DNA of 64,000 nucleotides from Stegostoma tigrinum (Eukaryota): NCBI RefSeq assembly GCF_030684315.1, contig NC_081362.1, positions 95,773,187 to 95,837,186 of the forward strand, read 5' to 3'. Shown piece by piece: positions 49,551 to 61,659 of this stretch (position 1 is its first letter; each line of letters starts with the position of its first letter). The notes under the pieces were generated by a model. It saw only the letters and a program-made list of their open reading frames with translations, ran no database searches and was not told where the DNA came from. The position numbers and the translations under genes were made by a program.

Positions 49551-50025
49551 CGATACAGGGGATAACAAAACTCAGGCCGATTCCGATGTCTCTCCCAGTT
49601 TGTTTTTCTCCCTTTTTCGCTCTGGATCCCTTCAGGGTCTGCTCCATTTGTTTCAGTGAAACAGCAGCTGCCTGGAGCTGCACCTCAATCCGTTTCCTCT
49701 GATCCTGTACCTCTGCCAATTGATCCTGCGTGCACTTAAGGCATTTCTGCAGCTCCTTCTGTTCCGTGCTCAGTTTGCCGTGCTGAACCATCAGCTTCTC
49801 ACAACTGGTGTCAATGCCATCCACAATCCTACTCGCAGCTTCTTCCGCTGACAGGATCTCTCTTTGTGCAGACTCAATCTCAATCTTAAATTGTTTACTG
49901 TCGGCCTCACTGAGATCCCCTGTTCCGGCACTGACTGTAAGTTCCAGAAGGGATAGGATGGAAGAGACCCCTCTCAGGAATGGGGGGTAAATGGCCTCTT
50001 TGCAGTCCCTTTCACAATCTTCCAT
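49551..50025 (-). CDS. Uncharacterised coiled-coil protein with central hydrophobic hairpin, coding exon 1
   Basis: ATG at 50025, 16 nt after a minus-strand acceptor (tgctgcag). Heptad-rich E/Q/K/L sequence ending GRDIGIGLSFVIPCI. Donor g|gtaag, phase 1. Confidence 0.8.
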
Positions 50026-51334
50026 CGTGCTCAGGATTAATCTGCAGCAACAGACGAGATGGACATCAGTCAGTATCGATGAACGACAGAAAAGTCCAGT
50101 TTCAGCTCCACAGCCAAAGGAATTGGACAGGGCTGGGTCCGCAGGAATTGGTCTCTGAGGTAGGGGAGAAGGCAAAAATGTTACAGGAAGAGGTGGAAGC
50201 AGCAAGAGAACAGTAGTTGGGGGAGAAGATAGAGTATTAAATGAGAAGCAGATGGAGATAGTAGAAAGTAAGAGATGAGAAGGACGTGGAGGCAGATGTA
50301 AGGAGGTAGGAAATAGATGAAAGTATTTCATTACAGGGTGGCTGCTTGATCTTGGATATGAATAAGTGCTGCACAGGGCTAGGCAAACCCTCAACTACCT
50401 GTCTACCTTTTGGGAGCTGATAGCATCGGTACAGTCCTGGGCACAAGCCACCACCACTCTTCCAACCTTAACCCAGTGTACAACTTCTCAATGCTGTCAT
50501 CACAATCCCACTACAACACCTATCCCTTCCCTCTTTCCCTCCAAACCCAAATTTTGTCTATTATGACTGTAGTTACTTCTCCCGAGATATACTCAGGATC
50601 TAATCACCTTTGATGAAGCAGGGGAAGATGCAGAATAAAGGAATCAATCCTGAGTGAGAGTTGGGTGGAGGGAGAGACAGTGGGCCTCGTTGGTCTCAGG
50701 ATAAATTGCTGGTTGTTTCAGACTGAGAGAAAGAGAAATGTCTTTACTCTGACAGATGTGAATCTTTGGAATTCTCTGCCCCCGGGAGCTGTGCATGATG
50801 AGATATTGAGAATATTCACGGCAGAGATTGATAAGATTTTCAAACACTAAGAAGCTCAGGGGATGTGGGGACATGGCAATGGAGGTGACCTGTAACCTTT
50901 CTTTCTCACTGTCAACCACGCAGCCAAACTTTGTGATATCCACAAACTAATCCTCCCTGCACATTCTCATCTCCATCATTGATGAATATCACAAACAGTA
51001 AAGGACCGTGCACTGATCCCTGTGGTATGCTGCTGCACACTGGACTCCAGTCACACAAACTGCGTTCTACAACTACCCTCTGTCTCCTGTTAATGTGCTG
51101 ATTTTGGATCCAACTTACCAAATTACCCTGGACCCCATATACTTTTATTTTCTTTATCAGACTCCCACGTGGGACCTTGTCAAAGGCTTTTCTGAAATCC
51201 AAATAAACTATATCAACTGCACTAGCCTCATCTACATACCTGGTCAATTCCTCAAAAAAGTCCAGCAGATCTGTTAGGCATGGCGTCCCTTTGATAAGCC
51301 ATGTTGACTATCTCTGATCAACCCTTGCCTCTCT

Positions 51335-54035
51335 CAATGGAGATAAAACGGTGTGAAGCTGGATGAACACATCAGGCCAGGCAGCATCAGAGGAGCAGGA
51401 AAGTTTGATGTTTCAGGTCGAGACCTTTCTTCAGAAATGGGAGAGGGGAAGGGGATTCTAAATAAATAGGGAGACGGGGGGAGGTGGATAGAAGATAAGA
51501 TAAAGGAGAAGATAGGGTGAGAGGAGACAGACATGTCAAAGAGGTGGGGTCGGAGATAGTGAAGGTGAATGTGGGTGGGGAGTTAGGGAGGGAATAGGTC
51601 GGTCTAGGGAGGATGGACAGGTCAAAGAGGCGGGATGAGTTAGTAGGTAGGAGATGGGGGTGGGGCTTGAGGTGGGAGTAATGGCTAGGGAGGTGGAGTC
51701 AAGCTGGGTTGGTTTTGGCATGTGGTTGGGGGAAGGGAGATTTTGAAGCTTGCAAAGTTCACATTGATACCCTTGGGCTGCAGCATTCCCAAGCGAAATA
51801 TGAGTTGCTGTTCCTGCATCTTTCGGGTGGCGTCATGGTGGAAATGCAGGAGGCCCAGGATGGACATGTTGTCCGAGGAGTGGGGGGGTAGGAGTTGAAA
51901 TGTTCCATGACTGGGAGGTGTAGTTGTTTGTTGCGAACTGAGCGTAGGTATTCTGCACTGTGGTCCCAAAGCCTCTGCTTAGTTTCCCCGATGTAGAGGA
52001 GGCCACACCGGGAATAGCAGATACAGTATATCACATTAACAAATGTGCAGGTGAACATCTGTTTGATGTGAAAAGTCTTCCTAGGGCCTGGGATGGGGTT
52101 GAGGGGGGATGTATAGGGGCAGGTGTAGCACTTGCTTCGGTTGCAGGGAAAAGTGCCAGGGGTGGTGGGGCTGGAGGGGACTGTGGGGCAGACAAGGGAG
52201 TCTCGGAGAGAGTGGTCTGTCTGGAAAGCACGTAAGGGTGGGGAGGGAAAAATGTCTTTGGTAGTGGGGTCAGATTGCAGATGGCGGAAATGTTGGAGGA
52301 TGATGCAGGTTGGTGGGGTGGTACTTGAGGGCGAGGGGGATTCTGTTTTGTTTATTATTGTGGATAGGGGATGCGAGGGATGAGTTGCAGGAAATGCAGG
52401 ATTCACGGTTGAGCCATCACTATGGAGGAGAAGTTGCGGTTTTTGAAAAAAGAGGACATGTGGGATGTTCGGGAGTGGGATGTCTCATCTTGGGAGCAGA
52501 TACGGCAGAGGCAAAAGAATTTGGAATAGGGGATGGCCTTTTTACAGGAAGGTGGGTGAGAGGAGGAATATTCTAGGTAGTTGTGGGAGTCGGTGCACTT
52601 AAAATGGATATCGGTTTCCAGGTGGATGCCAGAGATGGAGACAGAGAGGCCCAGGAAGGAGAGAGAGGTGTCAGAGATGGTCCAGGTAAACTTAAGGTTG
52701 GGGTAGAAGGTGTTAGTGAAGTGGTGAACTGTTCGAGCTCCTCATGGGAGCACGAGGCAGTGCCGATACAGTCATCAATGTAACGGAGGAAGAGATGGTG
52801 GATAGGGACAGAGTAGCTTTGGAAGAGGGATTGTTCCATGTATCCTACAAAGAGGCAGGCATAGCTTGGGCCCATGCGAGTACCTAATGCCACCCCCTTT
52901 GCAGGAAGTGGGAGGAATCAAAAGAGAAGTTGTGGAGGGTTAGGACGAGTTCAGCTAAGCGGATGAGGGTGTCGGTGGAGGGGGACTGGTCGGGTTTGCG
53001 GACAGGAAGAAGTGGAGGGCCTTGAGGCCATCTGCATGCGGAATGCAGGTTATAGGGACTGGACATCCATGGTGAAAATGAGGTGTTGGGGGCCAGGGAA
53101 TTAGAAGTTCTGGAGGAGGTGGAGGGCGTAGTTGGTGTCATGGATGTAGGTGGGGAGTTCCTGGACCAAAGGGGAGAAAATGGAGTCCAGATAGGTGGAG
53201 ATGAGTTCGGTGGGGCAGGAGCAGGCTGAGACAATGGGTCAACCAGGGCAGTCAGGTTTGTGGATTTTGGGAAGGAGATAGAAACGGGCCGTGCGGGGTC
53301 GGGGAAAGACGAGGTTAGAGGCTGTGGGTAGGAGGTCACCTGAGGTGATGAGGTCATGGATGGTTTGGGAGAGAATGGTTTAGTGCTCAGGGGTGGAGTC
53401 ATGATCAAGAGGGCGATAGGAGGAAGGGTCAGAGAGCTGGCGTCTGGCCTTGGCGATGTAGACCTGGACCATCTCTCTTCTTCCTGGACCACTCTGTCTC
53501 CATCTCTGGCATCCACCTGGAAACCGATATCCATTTTCAGCCCACAAACTCCCACAACTACCTAGAATATTCCTCCTCTCAGCCGAACATCTCAGATGTC
53601 CTCTTTTTTCAAGAACCACAACTACCCCTCCATAGTGATCAAAAATGCCCTTGACCGTGTCTCCCGCATTTCCCGCAACTCATGCCTCACAGCCCCTATC
53701 TGCAATAATAACCAAAACAGAACCCCCTCGTCCTCATGTACCACTCCACCAACCTCCAAATCCAACGCATCATCCTCCAAAATTTCGCCATCTGCAATCT
53801 GAGCCCACTACCAAAGACATTTTTCCCTCCCCACCCTTATCTGCTTTCCAGAGGGACCGCTCTCTCCGTGACTCCCTTGTCCGCTCCACATTCCCCTCCA
53901 GCCCCACCACACCCGGCGCTTCTGCAGTGCCACAATGACGCCACCCAAAAGATGCAGGAACAGCATCTCATAGTCCGCTTGGGAACCCTGCAGCCCAAGG
54001 GTATCAATGTGGACTTCACAAGCTTCAAAATCTGA
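51335..54035 (-). mobile_element. Penelope-like element: RT + GIY-YIG (minus, 51335-53460) with an inverted partial copy (plus, 53460-54035)
   Basis: GTRMGPSYACLFVGYME, FLRYIDD and NVIYCICYSRCGLLYIGETK motifs; frameshifted. Confidence 0.92.
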
Positions 54036-54359
54036 ATCACCAGCACTTGCTATACTCCTCCAGGGACTCTGTTATTTGGCTCCCTTTGTGCCTATCTCCC
54101 TTTCCCCTTTTTTCCAGTCCTGAATATTCCTGGACATCCAGGAACATGCTGGGCCTGTAGTCTCCCCAGTGCCTTTCTGACTGCCTCCCACTGTTTTCCT
54201 GTTGACTTACCTTCAAGTATCTCTGCCTGAGCTACTTTGGCCAGATACTGCCTTATTTTAATAAAATGTAATCCAAAGTCCTTTTTGCAGACCATCTTTT
54301 TCTTTAACCATAACAAACTGAAACATATGGTATCGTATCAGAGATAATAGGAACTGCAG

Positions 54360-54877
54360 ATAGAACATAGAACATTACAGCACAGTACAGGCCCTTCGGC
54401 CCTCGATGTTGTGCCCACCTGTCATACCAATCTGAAGCCCATCTAACCTACACTATTCCATGTATGTCCATATGCTTGTCCAATGACGACTTAAATGTAC
54501 CTAAAGTTGGCGAATCTACTACCGTTGCAGGCAAAGCGTTCCATTCCCTTACTACTCTCTGAGTAAAGAAACTACCTCTGACATCTGTCCTATATCTTTC
54601 ACCCCTCAATTTAAAGCTATGCCCCCTCGTGCTCGCCATCACCATCCTAGGAAAAAGGCTCTCCCTATCCACCCTATATAACCCTCTGATTATTTTATAT
54701 GTTTCAATTAAGTCACCTCTCAACCTTGTTCTCTCTAACAAAAACAGCCTCAAGTCCCTCAGCTTTTCCTCATAAGACCTTCCCTCCATACCAGGCAACA
54801 TCCTAGTAAATCTCCTCTGCACCCTTTCCAAAGCTTCCACATCCTTCTTATAATGCGGTGACCAGAACTGTACACAA
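54360..54877 (-). mobile_element. Young CR1 3' fragment
   Basis: Open C-terminal ORF and AGAACAT tail. Confidence 0.9.
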
Positions 54878-56479
54878 TGCTGGAAAATCTGAGATAACAA
54901 GGTGTGGAGCTCGTTGAACACAGCAGGCCAAGTAGCATCTGCGGAGCAGGAAAGCTGACATTTCAGGCCTGAAACGTCAGCTTTCCTGCTCTTAAGATGT
55001 TGCTTCGCCTGCTGTGTTCATCCAGCTCCACGCCTTGTTATATCACATATGGTATTGTGGTTATTATTACTGAAATGCTCCTCACTGTCTTCTCAAACAG
55101 TTTTTCTGAAGAAGGGTCCAGACCCAAAACATCAGCTTTCCTGCTCCCCCGATGCTGCTTGGCCTGCTGTGTTCATCCAGCTCTGCACCTTGTTACCTCT
55201 GTTTCTCAAACACCTGCCTGGTTTCATTCCCCAGAATTAGATCCAGCACCTGTTGGTTGTTCTACACATTGATACTAAAAGCTCTCCTGAATGTATTTCA
55301 AGATATCTGCCTCCTGTAAACTCTTTATGCTATGATTATTTCAATTAATGTTGGGGTACGAGAAATACCCTTACTGTTATTTTTATACACTGGTGGTTGA
55401 AAGGTCAAGAGTGAGTGGCCATCACATTAAGGAAAAGAAGTTTATCACAGACATAGGGCATGAAACAAGGGCTATTTTTGAGGAAAAATATAACCTGACC
55501 CTGGACTCGAAGTGCTGAGTAAGACGTCATGATCACATCCAGGAGAGACAGGTCGCTATGACAATCTCTGTATCCAGGTTCTAGAATGGGTTAGAAGAAG
55601 AATCACCGTGGTAACCTCTGTAAATAGAGTCAGAAAGACAATGGATGACGAGAGCGTCAATCAATTCCTGGTTGGATTCAAAGAAATTTATCGGTTGCTG
55701 TAAACAACCCAAAGGTATGTTTCAAATCCAGGCGACTAGGAACAAGCCCAGATAACGCATCCTGAAGAATTCCAGCTGATACATCACTAGACAGAAACAT
55801 GAATAAAGATATAATTATGGAAGCATACTGACCTCAGTTTAACATTTCCCCTGAAAGGTAGCACCTTCACCAAAGCAGCACTCTCTCCTTCGCTTACAGG
55901 CTGTGGGCCTCAATCTGAATTAAACTCCTGGAACTATACTTGAAACCCCAGCATCTGAGTCTGAGGCAACAGTACTGTCCATGGACAATATCTGATACTT
56001 TGAAAGGATTTTCCAAAATTTGCCAATGGTAAACACAAACGTGTGAGAGCAATTCTCATCACTAAGTCTGCCCAAATGTTCTGTGCATGACACATCACTG
56101 GAACTTTAAGTGATATACCATGAAATCTGTTGTCACAAAGATTCTTTTTGGCTCCTGACTAAGTCATCACATAAAGCAGCCTTTATACATCAGACCTCTT
56201 TTTGTCTCTGTCAAGTGTCTCTATGAAAGATGCTTTGTAACAGAGGAGAAAGACTGGTGCTTGTTTCTTGCAAGTGAGCATTAATACTTCCAATTCGAAA
56301 AATGAGACAGTCTTCCCAGTCTCTGAGTCCTAATTAACACTGACCTTTCCAAGCCCATTCACTATGGCTGGAAGTTTTAAATGGTTGGTCAACACTGAGA
56401 GGAAATGGTTCAGATAATAAATGCATTCACTATTAAGATCAGACAAGATGCAAGCAACAAACTGTCCAAAACAGAAAGC

Positions 56480-57900
56480 AATAGAGAAACAATAAATAGC
56501 ACATTTATGTTCAAGAAGACGCATGGGACACTTGCTTTTATTAAGTGAAGCTCAGAATACAAGAGCAGAGCAGTTATTCTAGTATTAAAAGTTTGGTTAG
56601 GCAACAACTGAAGTACTGTATACAGATCTGGTCCTCATATTGGAAGGCAGCTTGATGGGACTAGAGAGGGTGTGGAGGAGATTCCCCAGGATGCTTCCTG
56701 GGCTGAAGGGTTTGAGATACAGGAAAGCTTGGCCAAGGTGAAGTTGTTTACCTTGCAGTAGTGAAGATTGAGTGGGCAGTGTGCCGTGAAGTATATAAAA
56801 TTATTGGGACAGAGGTAGAGTGGATGGAACGACTTTTTCCTATTAGTAAAGGGTCAATAACAATAAAATATTGGAGCAGGAGGAGGCTATTCAGCCCTTC
56901 AAGTGTTTCACTATTCAATGATTTCATGGCTGACCTGATAACCCTCAACTCTATTTCCTTGCCCTTTCCATAAAAAAAACTATCTCAAGTCTATCTTAGC
57001 CTTGAAAATGGTTAATGATCCAACCTTAACAGTCCTCCATGATAAAAAAAAATCACAGATTTCACGATCCTCTAAGAAAATAAATTTCTCCCCATCTCTC
57101 TTTTTAGTGCATGACCACTTAGTCTAAGATTATTCCCTTTGGTCATAGACTCTCTCACAGGGGAAAGAAACTCTCATGTCTAACCTGTCAAGACCCGTAA
57201 GAATCTCATTATGGTTCAATAAGGTCAGCTGTCATGCTTCTAAATTCCAATGAATACAGGTCCAAATCAACACAATCTTTCATTACAACACACACTAGCT
57301 ATCAGTCTAGTAAACCCTCTCCGCACTGCCCTCAATGTTAAGTTATCTTTCCATTGATAAGAAGCAAACGACTGTTCACAATATTCCATCTGTGGTCTGA
57401 CTAGTGTCTTGTATTAGTTATAGTAAAACCTCACCATTTTCATACTCTATTCCCTTTGAAATAACACCCAACATTCTGTTTGCCTTCCTGTTACCTGTTG
57501 AACATGGATGCCAGTTTTTTTGAGATTCATGCATGAGGACACCAAACCTTTCCATGTTGCTGCTTTCTGCAGACTTTCTCCATTTAAATAATATTCAGCT
57601 GCTCCCCTCTTCCTGTAAGAATGCAAAACCTTACATTTTCCCACATGATAATCCATCAGCCAAGTCTTCACCCACTCACTTACCCTGTCCATATTACTTA
57701 GTGAGACTACAATGTGAGAACTGTGTATGATTTTGGTCTCCTTACTTAAGAAAGGATATACATGCCTTTGATGAAGTACAAAGAGCAGTAGTACACTGAT
57801 TCCTGGGATGAGGGCACTGTCCTATGAGGACAGGTTGATTAGACTTGTCTCCTATTTTCCAGGGTTAAAAGTGTACAAGACGATATCATTGAGGCATATG
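56480..57900. mobile_element. Nested, decayed CR1 fragments on both strands
   Basis: CR1 C-terminal motifs. Confidence 0.7.
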
Positions 57901-57904
57901 AAGA

Positions 57905-58240
57905 TATAGAATCCCTAGTGTGGAAGTAGGCCATTCAGCCCATCAAGTTTCCACTGACTCTCTGAAGACCATCCCACCCAGACCTAGCCCACTACCCTAA
58001 CCCTGTAACTGCATTTTCCGTAGCTAACCCACCTAACCTGCATATCTCTGGACACGGTGGGCAATTTAGCATGTGCATCTTTGCACTGTAGGAAGAAACC
58101 AGATCAACGGGAGGAAATCCACGCAGACACAGGGAGAATGTTTAAACTCCACACAGACCGTCACCCGAAGGTGGAATCGAACCCAGGTCCCTGGCGCTGT
58201 GAGGCTGCAGTCCTAACCATTGAGCCACTGTGTTGCCCAA
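57905..58240 (-). mobile_element. HE1-like V-SINE
   Basis: Reverse complement of the HE1 head and body. Confidence 0.85.
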
Positions 58241-59584
58241 CTTGAAATACCAGAGCATGCAAGGCTATGGGTCAGTGCTAGAAAGTGGAATTAGAATGCA
58301 GTCATAGAGCTATACAGCACAGGAACAGTCCCTTCGGTCCAACTTGTTCATGCCAATCAGATATCCTAAATTAAACTAGTCTCATTTGCCAGTAAACCCT
58401 TTCTATTCATAAACCCATCCAGATGTCTTTTAAAGGTTTTAATTGTACCAGCCTCCACCACTTCCTCTGGCAGCTCATTCCATTAACGCACCACCCTCTG
58501 CATGAAAAAGTTGCTCCTTCACAGGTGGATATCTAATGGCAGGCATGAACACAATGGGCCAAAGATCCTCATTCAATGACTCTGTTAGTAAGTCTATGAA
58601 CCATCTTATTTTACCTTTTATTGTACAGGCCTACACCACCCTTTTCTTCCATTTTCTTGACTTCCTCTAAGTCTCCTGGAAGATTTGCTTCTCAAATTTG
58701 CAACCAATTTTATTTCAATAGTTTCCATCCATGATTTTAATTGTGTGTTTTTGTTTGTTCATGAATTCAGTGTGCATGGAGATTTAAAACTTTTATCTGC
58801 ACCTTTCTTTTTCTGGAAAAATGCTGTTGATGATGAAAATCTGTTAGGTGAAGAAAGAACTGCTGGAGATACTCAGCAGCATTTGCAGAGATGGAGTTAA
58901 TGTTTCAGGTTAAAGCTGTTTGATCAGAAATGGAGGAATGTTCGAGGGGAGACTGCTCCAAACAGGGAATCAGTGAAAATGACAGGTAGAAAAAGCAATG
59001 GGGAAGGTTGGCATTGCGGTGCATAAAACAGAATTTGAACCACCATAAAATCGTTACTATTGTGGAGTCAGCCCATCATTACATGTAGATCCATGAAAGA
59101 GATAGCGAGGGGTCACAGCAATGGAAAGCAGCGACGTGTGAAGGGTCTAAGCACATCACCCAGTTAAGAGTCTAATAGAAAGCCCATCCGGTCTGCAATG
59201 GGGTGGAATACTACAGCCCAACAGGAGGTTCATTACACCATCATTCCTTTGTAAGAGCTAAACCATCCCTCACCCCATAGCTCCACCAAATGCAATTCCC
59301 CTTTGAAAGCTGCCGTTGAACTGTTGGCGGCCGACCTGATCAGGCCTTGGTGAATAATTTCCTTTTCACACCGGGTTGGCCCTAGCTCTGTGATTCTGTG
59401 CCCCCCAGAGCTACTGAGGCCTCCCACCCAGCCCCACTCACTAAGTTTCAGCCCCCACCGCAGGGGCTCAATCCCAGTCTCTGCACCTCTCCCTGGTGGT
59501 CCCAGTGCTGCCTGCCTGTGCTCCTGTCAGAACCCATGGGATCTGTTGCCTCTCTGAGGGGGGGCAGTGATCTGCTCAGTTTCT

Positions 59585-59882
59585 TCCCGGTGGATCCCTC
59601 ACCCGCCTTCCCGGAGCTGAGCCGAGTCGATCCCTCTGTCCCGGGTCGGTCTCTGTGTCGGGTTGTATCCTCTGTCCTGGGTTGATCTCTCCCTGTCCCG
59701 AGTGGATTACTCTTCCCGAGTAGATCTCCCTGTCCCCGGTGGATCATCACCTCGTTCCGAGTGGGTCTCTCCCCGTCCCGAGTGGGCTATCTCCTTGTCC
59801 CGAATGGCTCCCTCTGTTCCGAGTGGATCATCTCCGTGTCCCGAGTGGATTCTCTCCTGGTCCCGAGTGGATCTCTCTGTCA
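59585..59882. repeat. CpG-rich ~20-22-bp minisatellite (ctctgtcccgagtggatc)n
   Basis: Over a dozen degenerate units containing cccgagtgg. Confidence 0.9.
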
Positions 59883-61659
59883 CGCTGACTGTGCTGTAGA
59901 TTTGAGCGAGTGTGCTCTGATCCCAGTGACTGGCTGGGAAAGACGAGTCGGAGAGTTCGCAGTTTCAACCCCCAGGAGCTGGGCAGTAAGGAGGGACCAG
60001 AAACTCAGCAGCAAGTAAACTGTTGGGAATAACAGAATGTGTTGGAGGGGAGACGCAGGAAGAGAGAGAGGGAGACAGAAAGAAGGACAGGCTGAAAGAG
60101 AGAGAGAGAGAGTGACAGGCAGAGAGAGAGACGGAGGAAAAGGAAGAACGAGAGAGAAAGAGATCCATGCAGAAAGAGACCAGACAGACAGAGAGAGAGA
60201 GACAGACAGACAGATTAGCAAAACAGAGGTTCTGAGTTCTGAGGAAGGGTCACTCCATCCGAAAGATTAACTCTGATTTCCCTTCACAGATGCTGCCAGG
60301 CCTGCTGACCTTTCCCAGCAATTTCTATTTCTGTTTTGATTTACAGCATCCGCAGTTCTTTCAGTTTTTACTAGAGGTAGTCAGGGTTAGACACACACAG
60401 GGTGAATAGGAAAAGACGGAAAAACACAGAATTTTAAATATTTCTTCTCATTGCAAATAAAACAATGCTTCAGGTAATCTGGCCAAACAGAACCATCTTC
60501 ATGCAGGTTATGATTTCACTTTAAAATCCTTTGGAAAATGTTGAAACGTTAAACTGGCATGGTGCAGAGAGATTGCAATGGGTTTATTAATTCGGTCCTA
60601 GTTATTTCTCCTATTCATTTGCTGCCTGCCCTCTCCAGATCCTTTTACATCCCTCATTTTTGCAACAATAAAAAAGAAACTAATTCCCTGTCAGTCGATG
60701 TCAGAGAGACTCTGTTCCAGCAATTGATTGCGGTGGAGAATGCCACACTCCACCTAAGTGCCAGGATCAAGATTGAATTATCTCCCCAACATTTCCAACT
60801 GTAGATACCGAAAACTCTGAATTAAAAGCAATGAAATCGTGATCATTGGTTGTTCTTCACACAGTATTATTGACCATGAGACTTAATACCACTATATGCC
60901 TATCTCATTTGTGTCATTCATTCAATACAGAATACTTCAAGCAATAGCTATAGCCTGTAAAACCAAGAGGCTGTTGTGGAGTGGCAGTAATATCCCTAAC
61001 TCTGAACCAGGAGGCCTTGATTGAAGTCCTACCTGCCCCAGAGGTGTGAAATAACATCTCTGAACAGGCTGGTTAGGAAATATCTAGTCGGAAATATAAA
61101 AATTACTCAAGTGCCAAACAGCGAGCATCTCTAAAAAGGGCGAATCTAACCATGGTCTGTAACAACTCATGGCATTACTTTCACTGAAACCCCCTCCCGT
61201 TAACATCCTGGGGGTTATCAGCCATATCACTAGAGGGCTACAAGAGGACGTCTAAGGCTCAGAACAAAACTAAAATATGGCAGAGGCTGGGAACCTAAAA
61301 AAAGTAAAAACACTGGTGAAATCCTGCAGGTCTGGCAGCATCTGTGGAGAGAGAAACAGAGTTAATATTCTGAGTCTGGTTATGCCTCTTCCTCAGAACA
61401 GGAAAGTTTGGAAAACGGTGATTTTAATGCTTTTGACAGAGAGGGAGAAGAGGAGCAGGAGGAATCGGAGTTGCCCTGAGCAAAAGAGAAAGCGCTGGTC
61501 ATGGTGATTTTGAAGAGATAGAGATGTACTTCAAGTGTCAACGTTAGTTGTGAAAAGAAGTTGGGTCTGCTCTGCTGGGAGGAAAGCCAGCAACACACAA
61601 ACAAATCATGGAAAGTGGCGAGTTTGAAATCAAAATGAAGGACAGAAATCATGTTCTGT

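Noticed and set aside
49519-50394. 291-aa single ORF as a gene
   Set aside because: The first ~120 aa are low-complexity intronic sequence upstream of a splice acceptor; only 50025-49551 is credible coding.
58617-58812. Minus-strand exon-like segment (ttttccag...aag|gtaaaa)
   Set aside because: All three frames contain stops and I see no homology; at most a non-coding exon.
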